Below are positions 29,736-39,163 of a stretch of 64,000 nucleotides of DNA, one piece after another. This DNA comes from an uncultured Oscillospiraceae bacterium. GTDB lineage: Bacteria > Bacillota > Clostridia > Oscillospirales > Oscillospiraceae. Below the pieces are notes generated by a model. The model saw nothing but the letters and a program-made list of their open reading frames with translations. It had not been told where the DNA came from and did not search any database. Each line of letters opens with the position of its first letter. The stretch's first letter is position 1. The position numbers were made by a program, and so were the translations under genes. The stretch spans positions 4,401 to 68,400 of the forward strand of contig CALWVW010000001.1 in assembly GCA_944385075.1 (NCBI GenBank), written 5' to 3'.

Positions 29736-31388
29736 ATGGCAGAGAATACGAAAATCCTCACGGCTGAACAGGAGAGTCAGCTGAGAGCGCCCATCGACGA
29801 GTATGTGGGCGCCATCCAGGAGAAGATCAACGCCCTCCGGGCAGACGGCACCGACAAGGTCATCGACCTGCACAACAGCATCGACGGCCTGAAGCGGGAC
29901 AAGATCTACACCCAGGAGGAGAAGGCCGCCAAGCTGGCCCAGTACCAGAAGGAGCTGGAGCAGGCCAAGGCGGTGGAGGCCAAGAACAAGGACGAGATCG
30001 CCAAGCTCATCGCCGACGCGGAGGGCTATCTGAACGGCCACTTTGGCGAGTACTACACCGCCGTGGCCGAGAGCTGTAAGGAGGAGAAGGTCGTCGCCCA
30101 GGCCAAGTACCAGGAGGCGGTGGCCCAGCTCGAGAAGGAGCACCAGGAGACCCTGTCCAAGCTCACCGACGTCGGCGAGATCAAGGACGAGAAGTACGTC
30201 CAGAAGAACCGCCTGTTCGACGCCAAGCTCCAGCTGGACCGGGACCTCCAGGCCGTCAAGGACCGCCAGCACGCGGCCTTTGACCACAAGTACCACCTGA
30301 TCGACCTGTTGCGCATGTCCAAGTTCACCTTCGGCGAGTCCATGGCCCAGCGGTGGGAGAACTACAAGTACACCTTCAACCGCCGGGACTTCCTCCTGCG
30401 CAACGGTCTGTACATCGCCATCATCATCATTTTCATTGCGCTGTGTATCGCCACCCCCATCCTCAAGGGCGGCACCCAGTTGCTGACCCTGAACAACATC
30501 CTGAACATCCTGTCCCAGGCATCCCCCCGTATGTTCCTGGCTCTGGGCGTGGCCGGGCTGATCCTGCTGGCCGGCACCGACCTGTCCATCGGCCGTATGG
30601 TGGGTATGGGCATGACGGCGGCCACCATCGTCATGCACAACGGCCCCAACACCGGCGGCGTGTTCGGCCATGTGTTTGACTTCTCCGGCCTGCCCGTTCT
30701 GGTCCGGGTGTTCCTGGCCCTGATCGTGTGTATCGTGCTGTGCACCGTGTTCACCACCATCGCCGGCTTCTTCACCGCCAAGTTCAAGATGCACCCCTTC
30801 ATCTCCACCATGGCCACCATGCTGGTCATCTTCGGCCTGGTGACCTACTCCACCAAGGGCGTGTCCTTCGGCGGTATCGACGGTAGCATCAAGGGCATGA
30901 TCACCCCCACCATCGGCAAGTTCCCCACCATCATCCTGTGGGCGGTGGCCGCGGTGATCGTGGTGTGGTTCATCTGGAACAAGACCACCTTCGGCAAGAA
31001 CCTGTACGCCGTGGGCGGCAACCCCGAGGCGGCCTCTGTCTCCGGTATCTCGGTGTTCAAGGTCACCGTGGGCGCCTTCGTCCTGGCGGGCATCCTGTAC
31101 GGCTTCGGCTCCTGGCTGGAGTGTATCCGCATGAGCGGGTCCGGCTCCGCCGCTTACGGCCAGGGCTGGGAGATGGACGCCATCGCGGCCTGCGTGGTGG
31201 GCGGCATCTCCTTCACCGGCGGTATCGGCAAGATCTCCGGCGTGGTCGTGGGCGTGTTTATCTTCACCGCCCTGACCTACTCCCTGACGGTGCTGGGCAT
31301 TGACACCAACCTGCAGTTTGTGTTCTCCGGCGTCATCATTCTGGTGGCCGTCATGCTGGACTGCCTGAAGTACGTCCAGAAGAAGTAA
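29736..31388 (+). CDS. mglC: galactoside ABC transporter permease with long N-terminal helical extension
   Basis: GTDLSIGR, FGKNLYAVGGNPEAA, DAIAACVVGG; about 220 charged helical residues precede the first TM. Confidence 0.88.
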   Translation: MAENTKILTAEQESQLRAPIDEYVGAIQEKINALRADGTDKVIDLHNSIDGLKRDKIYTQEEKAAKLAQYQKELEQAKAVEAKNKDEIAKLIADAEGYLNGHFGEYYTAVAESCKEEKVVAQAKYQEAVAQLEKEHQETLSKLTDVGEIKDEKYVQKNRLFDAKLQLDRDLQAVKDRQHAAFDHKYHLIDLLRMSKFTFGESMAQRWENYKYTFNRRDFLLRNGLYIAIIIIFIALCIATPILKGGTQLLTLNNILNILSQASPRMFLALGVAGLILLAGTDLSIGRMVGMGMTAATIVMHNGPNTGGVFGHVFDFSGLPVLVRVFLALIVCIVLCTVFTTIAGFFTAKFKMHPFISTMATMLVIFGLVTYSTKGVSFGGIDGSIKGMITPTIGKFPTIILWAVAAVIVVWFIWNKTTFGKNLYAVGGNPEAASVSGISVFKVTVGAFVLAGILYGFGSWLECIRMSGSGSAAYGQGWEMDAIAACVVGGISFTGGIGKISGVVVGVFIFTALTYSLTVLGIDTNLQFVFSGVIILVAVMLDCLKYVQKK

Positions 31389-31571
31389 TTCCATCCATAC
31401 CAAAAGCGGAGAGCCGCTGCGGAGCAGATCAGGAACGACCTCTGCTTTGCAGCGGCTCTCTTGGGAAAATAATCGGCCGGGGCGGAGAATACCCTGATAG
31501 GGGGCGGCGGGACAGACAGAGACGGAGCGTCCCCCGAGTGCCCCCCGGTGAGAGAATGTGAGGAGATCAAC

Positions 31572-32849
31572 ATGGAAAAACTGGGCGCTGTGCGCCAGCG
31601 GCTGGAGGCCGGCGGCCTGGACGGGGCCCTCTCCCGGCTGACGGGGGGGACCCCGGACCGGAAACGGGTGTCCCGGGTGCTGGACGGCTTCCAACAGACC
31701 TTCGGGGCGGGGGAGAACACCCCCGTCACCCTGTGCTCCGCCCCGGGCCGCACCGAGATCTGCGGCAACCACACCGACCACCAGCACGGCCGGGTGCTGG
31801 CCGCGGCGGTGAACGTGGACTTCCTGGCCTGCGCCGCCCCCAACGGGGGCGATACCATCCGCTTTCAGTCGGAGGGCTGGCCGCTGGTGGAGGTACGCCT
31901 GGACGGCAAGGGGCCCCGGGCCGAGGAGCGGGAGAGCACTGCCTCCCTGGTGCGGGGGATGGCGGAGCTGGCGGCCCGGCGGGGCCATCCGGTGAAGGGC
32001 TTTGACGCCTACGCCGTCTCCGATGTGCTCCCCGGCTCCGGCCTGTCCTCCTCGGCGGCCTGCGAGGTGCTGTTGGGGGTCATCGTGAACCACCTGTTCT
32101 GCCAGGACGCCTTTACCCCCGTGGAGATCGCCCAGATGGGTCAGGGGGCGGAGAACGTCTACTTCGGCAAGCCCAGCGGGCTGATGGACCAGACCGCCTC
32201 CTCGGTGGGGGGCGCGGTGGCCATCGACTTTGCCGACCCGGCCCGGCCTGTGGTCCGCTCGGTGGCGGTGGATCTGAACGCCCTGGGCTACGCCCTGTGC
32301 ATCATCGACTCGGGGGCCAGCCACGCCGACCTCACCGATGAGTACGCCGCCGTCCCCCGGGAGATGGGGGCGGTGGCCGCCTTCTTCGGCAAGGAGGTCC
32401 TGCGGGAGGTGTCCCAGGAGCAGGTGCTGAGCCACCTGCCCGCCCTGCGGGAGCGGGCGGGGGACCGGGCGGTCCTCCGGGCCCTCCACTTCTTTGCTGA
32501 CGACGCGCGGGCGGAGGAGGAGGCCGACGCCCTGGCCCGGGGGGATATGGACGCCTTCCTGGCCCTGGTGAAGGAGTCGGGCCGCTCCTCCTGGGAGTTT
32601 TTACAGAACATCACCCCCGCCGGGGCGGTGCGCGAGCAGGCCATGGCGGTGGCCCTGGCGGTGGCGGAGCGGGCCCTGAAGGGCCGGGGCGCCTGCCGGG
32701 TCCACGGGGGCGGCTTTGCCGGCACCATCCAGGCCTTCGTCCCCCTGGACAGTCTGGAGGCCTTCCGGGCCGAGACCGAGGGGGCCCTGGGAGCGGGAAG
32801 CTGTCACGTGCTGTCCATCCGCCCGGTGGGCGGAGCTGTTCTGTGCTGA
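31572..32849 (+). CDS. galK: galactokinase
   Basis: APGRTEICGNHTDHQ, GSGLSSSAA, GLMDQ, RVHGGGFAG. Confidence 0.93.
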   Translation: MEKLGAVRQRLEAGGLDGALSRLTGGTPDRKRVSRVLDGFQQTFGAGENTPVTLCSAPGRTEICGNHTDHQHGRVLAAAVNVDFLACAAPNGGDTIRFQSEGWPLVEVRLDGKGPRAEERESTASLVRGMAELAARRGHPVKGFDAYAVSDVLPGSGLSSSAACEVLLGVIVNHLFCQDAFTPVEIAQMGQGAENVYFGKPSGLMDQTASSVGGAVAIDFADPARPVVRSVAVDLNALGYALCIIDSGASHADLTDEYAAVPREMGAVAAFFGKEVLREVSQEQVLSHLPALRERAGDRAVLRALHFFADDARAEEEADALARGDMDAFLALVKESGRSSWEFLQNITPAGAVREQAMAVALAVAERALKGRGACRVHGGGFAGTIQAFVPLDSLEAFRAETEGALGAGSCHVLSIRPVGGAVLC

Positions 32850-32915
32850 AACCCCGAAGCGCCCGCCCGGCATGGGCATGGGCATCGGGAGACATTTTGA
32901 AAGGAGCGCATCAAT

Positions 32916-33908
32916 ATGGCGATTCTGGTATTGGGCGGAGCCGGGTATATCGGCTCCCACACGGTATATGAGCTCATCGACGCGGGGCGCGACGTGGTGG
33001 TGGCCGACAATCTGCAGACCGGCTTCCGGGCCGCGGTCCACCCCAAGGCGAGATTCTATCAGCTGGACATCCGGGACAAGGGGGCGCTGGACACCCTGTT
33101 CCAGGCCGAGCACATCGAGGGCGTGATCCACTTCGCCGCCTCCTCCCAGGTGGGGGAGTCCATGGTGGACCCGCTGAAGTACTATGACAACAACCTGTAC
33201 GGCACCATGGTGCTGCTGAAGTCCATGGTGGAGCACGGGGTGGACAAGATCGTCTTCTCCTCCACCGCCGCCACCTACGGCGAGCCCGAGCGGGTGCCCA
33301 TCCTGGAGAGCGACAAGACCGTCCCCACCAACTGCTACGGCAACACCAAGCTGTCCATGGAGCAGATGATGGGTTGGGTGTCCCAGGCCCACGGCCTGAA
33401 GTATGTGGCCCTCCGGTATTTCAATGCCTGTGGCGCCCACCCCTCCGGCAAGATCGGCGAGGCCCACAACCCGGAGACCCACCTGATCCCCATCATCCTC
33501 CAGGTGCCCCTGGGACAGCGGGAGGCGGTGTCCATCTTCGGGGACGACTACCCCACCACCGACGGCACCTGCATCCGGGACTATATCCATGTCACCGACC
33601 TGGCCCAGGCCCACATCCTGGCCCTGGACTACCTGCTGGGCGGCGGGGAGAACGACGTGTTCAACCTGGGCAACGGCGTGGGCTTCACCGTGAAAGAGGT
33701 GGTGGACGTGGCCCGGGAAGTCACCGGCCACCCCATCCCCGCCAAGGTCGCCCCCCGGCGGGCGGGGGACCCGGCCCAGCTCATCGCCTCCTCCCAGAAG
33801 GCCATCGACGTGCTGGGCTGGAAGCCCCGGTATGCCGACCTGCGCACCATCGTGGCCTCCGCCTGGGCCTGGCACAAGGACCACCCCCACGGGTTTGAGG
33901 AGGGCTGA
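32916..33908 (+). CDS. galE: UDP-glucose 4-epimerase
   Basis: GGAGYIGSH, FSSTAATYG, YGNTK, LRYFN, RDYIHV. Confidence 0.97.
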   Translation: MAILVLGGAGYIGSHTVYELIDAGRDVVVADNLQTGFRAAVHPKARFYQLDIRDKGALDTLFQAEHIEGVIHFAASSQVGESMVDPLKYYDNNLYGTMVLLKSMVEHGVDKIVFSSTAATYGEPERVPILESDKTVPTNCYGNTKLSMEQMMGWVSQAHGLKYVALRYFNACGAHPSGKIGEAHNPETHLIPIILQVPLGQREAVSIFGDDYPTTDGTCIRDYIHVTDLAQAHILALDYLLGGGENDVFNLGNGVGFTVKEVVDVAREVTGHPIPAKVAPRRAGDPAQLIASSQKAIDVLGWKPRYADLRTIVASAWAWHKDHPHGFEEG

Positions 33909-33910
33909 GC

Positions 33911-35404
33911 ATGGAGCGGGATGAAGCCATCTCCAAGCTGGTCTCCTACGCCCTGCACACCGGGCTCATCCAGCCCTGTGAGACCACCTGGGCCGTCAAC
34001 ACCGTCCTGGACGCCCTGAAGCTGGACAGCTACGCCGGCCCGGAGCCCCGGGCCGAGGAAGTGGAGCTGGCCCCGGTGTTGGAGGCCCTTCTGGACGACA
34101 CCCACCGGCGGGGGGTGCTGGAGGAGGACTCCGTGGTGTACCGGGACCTGTTGGACACCGAGCTCATGGGCCGGCTCACCCCCCGGCCTGCCCGGGTAAT
34201 CGAAAAATTCCAGGCCCTGTACCGGGAGGACCCGAAGAAGGCCACCGACTGGTACTACCAGTTCAGCCAGGATACCAACTATATCCGCCGGGACCGGATC
34301 GCCAAGGATATGCAGTGGAAGGCCCCCACGGAGTATGGGGAGCTGGACATCACCATCAACCTGTCCAAGCCGGAGAAGGACCCCAAGGCCATCGCCGCCG
34401 CCCGGAACCTGCCCGCCTCCGCCTACCCCCGGTGCCAGCTGTGCGCCGAGAACGAGGGGTACGCCGGCCGGGTAAACCACCCCGCCCGGCAGAACCACCG
34501 CATCGTCCCCATCACCATCAACGGTTCCCCCTGGTTTTTGCAGTACTCCCCCTATGTGTACTACAACGAGCACTGCATCTGCCTGAACAGCGTCCACACC
34601 CCCATGAAGATCGACCGGGCCTGCTTCGGCAAGCTGCTGGACTTCGTGGGCCAGTTCCCCCACTACTTCGTGGGCTCCAACGCCGACCTGCCCATCGTGG
34701 GCGGCTCCATCCTGGCCCACGACCACTTCCAGGGGGGGCGGTACACCTTCGCTATGGAGAAGGCCCCGGTGGAGACCCCCTTCGCCTTCCCCGGCTTCGG
34801 GGACGTGCATGCGGGCATCGTCAAGTGGCCCATGTCGGTGGTGCGGCTCACCGCCGCCGACCCGGCCCGGCTCATCGAGCTGGCCGACCGGATCCTCACC
34901 TCCTGGCGGGGCTACACCGACGAGAGCGCGGTCATCTACGCCGAGACCAACGGCGAGCCCCACAACACCATCACCCCCATCGCCCGGCGGCGGGGGAGCG
35001 ACTATGAGCTGGACCTGGTGTTGCGCAACAACCTGACCACGGAGGAGTTCCCCCTGGGCCTGTACCACCCCCACCCGGCGCTCCACCACATCAAGAAGGA
35101 GAACATCGGCCTCATCGAGGTGATGGGTCTGGCCGTCCTCCCCGCCCGGCTGAAGGCGGAGCTGGCCGCGGTGGCCGACGCCCTGGTATCCGGGGCCGAC
35201 CTGCGCTCCAGTGAGCTCACCGAGAAGCACGCCGACTGGGCGGAGGAGTTTGCCCCCCGCTACACCATCACGGCGGACAACGCCCTGGCCGTCGTCCAGA
35301 AGGAGACCGGCCTGGTGTTTGCCCAGGTGCTGGAGGACGCCGGCGTCTACAAGCGCACCGGCGAGGGCAAGGCCGCCTTCCTCCGGTTCCTGGAGCAGGT
35401 GTAA
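33911..35404 (+). CDS. galT: galactose-1-phosphate uridylyltransferase (Gram-positive type)
   Basis: TINLSKPEKDP, YSPYVYYNEH, NADLPIVGGSILAHDHFQGG, HIKKENIGLIEVMG. Confidence 0.96.
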   Translation: MERDEAISKLVSYALHTGLIQPCETTWAVNTVLDALKLDSYAGPEPRAEEVELAPVLEALLDDTHRRGVLEEDSVVYRDLLDTELMGRLTPRPARVIEKFQALYREDPKKATDWYYQFSQDTNYIRRDRIAKDMQWKAPTEYGELDITINLSKPEKDPKAIAAARNLPASAYPRCQLCAENEGYAGRVNHPARQNHRIVPITINGSPWFLQYSPYVYYNEHCICLNSVHTPMKIDRACFGKLLDFVGQFPHYFVGSNADLPIVGGSILAHDHFQGGRYTFAMEKAPVETPFAFPGFGDVHAGIVKWPMSVVRLTAADPARLIELADRILTSWRGYTDESAVIYAETNGEPHNTITPIARRRGSDYELDLVLRNNLTTEEFPLGLYHPHPALHHIKKENIGLIEVMGLAVLPARLKAELAAVADALVSGADLRSSELTEKHADWAEEFAPRYTITADNALAVVQKETGLVFAQVLEDAGVYKRTGEGKAAFLRFLEQV

Positions 35405-35453
35405 GCTCGCCGGAGCACGTGGCCCGACATCCAGGAGACGGGCCAAAAGGATC

Positions 35454-35495
35454 AAAAAAGCGGAGCGTCTGAAGTTTCAGACGCTCCGCTTTTTT
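35454..35495. terminator. bidirectional intrinsic terminator
   Basis: AAAAAAGCGGAGCGTCTGAA-gt-TTCAGACGCTCCGCTTTTTT. Confidence 0.9.
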
Positions 35496-35905
35496 CCGGC
35501 GTGTGGAAGGGGGAACGGGCCGCCCTCCAGCTCCGCTCCGTCCGGCTCCGACTGCTCCGCCGGGGGAGGGCCGGCGCACCGGGACAGCAGGCTGTATGTC
35601 AGAATGGCCAGCAGTTGGGCACTGCTGGGGCGGCCGGTCAGGGGATAGCCGGCCAGTTGCTCCAGGAGAGGGCGGTTCCGCTCCCACACGAGCGCGCCCA
35701 CGGCGCGGATATTGCGCTCGACCGCTTTCCAGCTTGTCCGGTACCGCCGCGCGATGTCCGGGTAGAGGCATTTGGTGACCAGCAAAAGGCGCTCCGGCCG
35801 CTCCATGCACAGCTGTACCCCCAGGGCGATGTGGAAAAAACCGGTGTAATTTGCGGTCACGCCAAGCCGGTACAACAAATCGTAGATATCCATCTGCCTG
35901 TCCAT
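35477..35905 (-). CDS. stand-alone Spo0A C-terminal (DNA-binding) domain protein
   Basis: LGV.ANY.GF, VTKCLYPDIARRYRTSWKAVERNIR, RPSSAQLL; no receiver domain; start uncertain. Confidence 0.8.
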   Translation of the reverse strand: MDRQMDIYDLLYRLGVTANYTGFFHIALGVQLCMERPERLLLVTKCLYPDIARRYRTSWKAVERNIRAVGALVWERNRPLLEQLAGYPLTGRPSSAQLLAILTYSLLSRCAGPPPAEQSEPDGAELEGGPFPLPHAGKKRSV

Positions 35906-35910
35906 TCGAC

Positions 35911-36135
35911 CTACCACCTGCTGACCGCGTGAAACACATCCGGGCGCTCCTCCTCGGCCCTGTTCACGATTTTATCAATGGTCTTTGCCCTTGGGTTTCC
36001 TTTTCCGTTTTGATACAAATAGAGGTTGGAGAGCGTAATGTCAAAATCCAGCGCCATCTCGGTGCAGGTCTTGCGCGTCGCTTCCTGATACGCCTCCAGG
36101 AGTTCGGATATATAGCGATTGATCGATTTCGCCAT
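35911..36135 (-). CDS. small XRE-type HTH protein
   Basis: EMALDFDITLSNLYLYQNGKGNPRAKTIDKI; GAGGGGAG RBS. Confidence 0.7.
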   Translation of the reverse strand: MAKSINRYISELLEAYQEATRKTCTEMALDFDITLSNLYLYQNGKGNPRAKTIDKIVNRAEEERPDVFHAVSRW

Positions 36136-36383
36136 AATAATCTCCCCTCTAAGATTATTATGACAAAAGATGCTTTTATCTGACAACTCATATATAGGAA
36201 TTTTCCGCTTCGGGGGGCGATATGGCTCGGATCGGATCTCGCCGTGAATACAGAGCGGAAATTTACCGGTGAAATCTCCGGAGAGGTATGGTATAATAGA
36301 AGCGGACCTTTTTTGGCGCCAGGCGCCCGGTCCGATTTTGTCTGTCCGCAGATACATCCCATTCTTTCAAGGAGGAATGTCTT

Positions 36384-37709
36384 ATGTTGTCATTGGACCT
36401 CACCAAGCTCCGGGGCTTTGTTCCGGAGGACTATCTCACCAGCCGGTCGGAAAAGCTGGCCGGAGCGGCCTCCATGCTGGCCAACCACAACGGCCCCGGC
36501 GGCGATTTCACCGGCTGGGTGACCCTCCCCCGGGACTACGACAAGGAGGAGTTCGCCCGCATCCAGGCGGCCGCCAAGCGCATCCAGCAACAGTCCCAGG
36601 TGCTGGTGGTCATCGGCATCGGCGGCTCCTATCTGGGGGCCCGGGCGGTCATTGAATTGCTCTGTTCCCCCAACTACAATCTGAAGAAAAAGGACACCCC
36701 CGACATCTATTTTGCCGGGAATGGCCTGTCCACCGACGCCCTGCTGGAGTTGATCTCCCTCATCGGCGACCGGGACTTCTCCGTCAACGTGATCTCCAAG
36801 TCGGGCACCACCACCGAGCCCGCCGTGGCCTTCCGCATCTTCAAGCAGATGCTGGAGGAGAAGTACGGCAAGGAGGGGGCCCGGGAGCGGATCTACGCCA
36901 CCACCGACAAGGCCCGGGGGGCCCTGAAGGGACTGGCCGACCAGGAGGGCTATGAGGAGTTCGTGGTCCCCGACGAGGTGGGGGGGCGCTACTCCGTCCT
37001 CACCGCGGTGGGTCTGTTGCCCATCGCCGTGGCCGGTATCGACATTGAGGCCCTCATGTCCGGCGCCGCCCAGGCCATGGAGGCGCTGTCCGTCCCCGGT
37101 CTGGACAACCCCGCCTGGAAGTACGCCGCCGCCCGCCACGCCCTGTACCAGGGCGGGAAGAAGGTGGAGCTCCTGGCCTGCTATGAGCCGCCCTTCCGCT
37201 TCTTCGCCGAGTGGTGGAAGCAGCTCTACGGCGAGAGCGAGGGCAAGGAGGGCAAGGGCCTGTTCCCCGCCAGTGTGGAGTTTACCGCCGACCTGCACTC
37301 CATGGGCCAGTATATCCAGCAGGGGGAGCGGCTGATGTTCGAGACGGTGGTCAAGTTCGCCCCCAGAGGGGAGTTCCTGATCCCCAACGACCCGGACAAC
37401 GTGGACGGGCTCAACTTCCTGTCGGGCAAGTCGCTGGCCTTTGTGGCCGAGCAGGCTATGCGGGGCACCATCTTGGCCCATGTGGACGGGGGCGTGCCCA
37501 ACATCCTGGTGGAGCTCCCCGCCATCGCCCCCGACACGGTGGGCTATCTGATCTACTTCTTCGAGTATGTGTGCGGCCTGTCCGGCTACCTTCTGGAGGT
37601 CAACCCCTTTGACCAGCCCGGCGTGGAGGCCTATAAGAAGAACATGTTCGCCCTCCTGGGCAAGCCCGGGTACGAGGCCCAGAGGGCGGAGCTGGAGAAG
37701 CGGCTGTAA
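36384..37709 (+). CDS. pgi: glucose-6-phosphate isomerase
   Basis: [39 protein letters not shown]. Confidence 0.98.
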   Translation: MLSLDLTKLRGFVPEDYLTSRSEKLAGAASMLANHNGPGGDFTGWVTLPRDYDKEEFARIQAAAKRIQQQSQVLVVIGIGGSYLGARAVIELLCSPNYNLKKKDTPDIYFAGNGLSTDALLELISLIGDRDFSVNVISKSGTTTEPAVAFRIFKQMLEEKYGKEGARERIYATTDKARGALKGLADQEGYEEFVVPDEVGGRYSVLTAVGLLPIAVAGIDIEALMSGAAQAMEALSVPGLDNPAWKYAAARHALYQGGKKVELLACYEPPFRFFAEWWKQLYGESEGKEGKGLFPASVEFTADLHSMGQYIQQGERLMFETVVKFAPRGEFLIPNDPDNVDGLNFLSGKSLAFVAEQAMRGTILAHVDGGVPNILVELPAIAPDTVGYLIYFFEYVCGLSGYLLEVNPFDQPGVEAYKKNMFALLGKPGYEAQRAELEKRL

Positions 37710-37942
37710 GCAGGTACCGCCAGCCTTCCGGCAACAGGGCTTGCCCAGGAGCCCGCGCCCTGCGCGGGCAACGGCGCCCATGCGCCGTAAATTCGAATGC
37801 CACAGGCATGAGAATTTGCCGCAGGGCGAATTCATTTCGCCCAAGGCGTTTCCATCCCGAAGGGAACCCGCCGGAGCCCGCTCCGGCGGGCGCAAGCCCG
37901 GGTACGAGGCCCAGAGGGCGGAGCTGGAGAAGCGGCTGTAAG
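37660..37942 (+). repeat. perfect 51-bp direct repeat of pgi 3' end (37660-37710 = 37892-37942) flanking a 181-bp multi-hairpin insert
   Basis: GCAAGCCCGGGTACGAGGCCCAGAGGGCGGAGCTGGAGAAGCGGCTGTAAG occurs twice. Confidence 0.95.
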
Positions 37943-38101
37943 GGGAGGGGACTGCCTATCCACCCGGCCCGCCCGGGGGGGCGCGGGCCCGCCGCCAGAA
38001 AAATTCATAAAAACCCAGTTGAAAAACCCTCTCTGATATGGTAAAGTGTAGATAAGCAGAGGGCAAATACCCCGATGTGAAATCGTGAAGGAGTGATACA
38101 C

Positions 38102-38512
38102 ATGATTCGAGTCATCATGGGCAAAAAGGGCTCCGGCAAGACCAAGCAGATGATCGAGATGATCAACAATGCGGTCCAGACCGAGCACGGCAATGTGATC
38201 TGCATCGAGAAGGGCAACAAGCTGACCTTTGACATCCACTATCAGATCCGCCTGGTGGAGTCCAGCCAGTATGATATCGCCAATTACACCGCCCTGAAGG
38301 GCTTTATCAGCGGCCTGTACGCCGGCAACTATGATATTACCCACATCTTTATCGACAGCCTGACCAAGATTGTGGGCGGCGAGTGTGACAACCAGACCGA
38401 GCAGTTCCTGGATTGGCTGAACAATTTCGGGGAGCAGCACAACATCAAGTTCACCATCACCATCAGCGACGACGCTTCCCTGGCCCCCGAGGGCGTCAAG
38501 AAGTATTTTTAA
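38102..38512 (+). CDS. small P-loop protein of unknown function
   Basis: IMGKKGSGKT Walker A, IFIDS; AAGGAG RBS. Confidence 0.8.
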   Translation: MIRVIMGKKGSGKTKQMIEMINNAVQTEHGNVICIEKGNKLTFDIHYQIRLVESSQYDIANYTALKGFISGLYAGNYDITHIFIDSLTKIVGGECDNQTEQFLDWLNNFGEQHNIKFTITISDDASLAPEGVKKYF

Positions 38513-38537
38513 GCGCTTTGTCAGACTGGACCCATTG

Positions 38538-38572
38538 CGGCTCCGCCACCTCCCGGTGGCGGAGCCGTTTTT
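38538..38572 (+). terminator. intrinsic terminator
   Basis: CGGCTCCGCCACC/GGTGGCGGAGCCG + T5. Confidence 0.88.
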
Positions 38573-38631
38573 GTGTGCGGGAAAAGTCCCTTAAGCTGGT
38601 CTCTCGGCCCAAGAAATATCTCCGGGGCCGG

Positions 38632-38706
38632 TTGACAGGGAGAGAAAAATAGAGTATGCTAAAGCCCGGGTATAGAACATATGTTCTATACCCGGGCTCT
38701 CTTTTT
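38632..38706 (+). promoter_or_regulatory. sigma-A promoter followed by perfect 36-bp palindrome containing a LexA (Cheo) box
   Basis: TTGACA(38632)-17 nt-TATGCT; AGCCCGGGTATAGAACAT|ATGTTCTATACCCGGGCT; GAAC-N4-GTTC at 38675-38686. Confidence 0.65.
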
Positions 38707-38810
38707 CCCTCCGGCAGTGGCCCGGCGCAGGCGTGCCGCCGTCTCATCCCCCTCAGATGAGAAAACCGGCAACCCCTGACGGGCAAAACGAAGGCCGCCC
38801 AAAGGGCGGC

Positions 38811-38935
38811 CCACCAAACCGGAGCCCAGCGAAGCGGGTCCGGTTTGGAAAGGAGGAGCAAGGGAGCGGGCGGATGACGTCTTTTTTGCCGTAGGCATAA
38901 AAAGACGTCGGAGCAAAGCGAACTTTGCTCCGACG
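38811..38935 (-). repeat. tRNA-abutting multi-hairpin element
   Basis: CGTCGGAGCAAAG/CTTTGCTCCGACG directly after tRNA CCA; GACGTCTTTTT/AAAAAGACGTC; CCAAACCGGA/TCCGGTTTGG. Confidence 0.55.
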
Positions 38936-39019
38936 TGGTGGAGGAGGGTGGATTCGAACCACCGAAGCTAACGCAACAGATTTACAGTCTGCCCCCTTTG
39001 GCCACTCGGGAACTCCTCC
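38936..39019 (-). tRNA. tRNA-Tyr (GTA)
   Basis: GGAGGAG acceptor, CTGTAAA anticodon loop, long variable arm, GTTCGAATC, CCA. Confidence 0.96.
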
Positions 39020-39030
39020 ATATGGAATTG

Positions 39031-39106
39031 TGGAGCTGGTGGACGGATTCGAACCCCCGACCTGCTGATTACAAATCAGCTGCTCTACCGGCTGAGCTAC
39101 ACCAGC
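39031..39106 (-). tRNA. tRNA-Thr (TGT)
   Basis: GCTGGTG acceptor, CTGAT-TTGTAAT-CAG anticodon arm, GTTCGAATC, CCA. Confidence 0.96.
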
Positions 39107-39134
39107 ACATGGCGGCTGTCCAACAGCAAGCGCT

Positions 39135-39163
39135 ATTATATCAAAGAACAGGAGGCCTGTCAA
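39135..39163 (-). promoter_or_regulatory. sigma-A promoter of tRNA-Thr/Tyr
   Basis: TTGACA-17 nt-TATAAT on minus strand. Confidence 0.85.

Noticed and set aside
37567-37941. 124-aa ORF ending in the same [15 protein letters not shown] as Pgi (possible alternative C-terminus by frameshift)
   Set aside because: A consequence of the 51-bp duplication; no RBS or slippery site, and Pgi is already complete.
38055-38095. c-di-GMP-I riboswitch (GGGCAAA...GAAA)
   Set aside because: Lacks the second hairpin and GCAAAG element; too short before the RBS.
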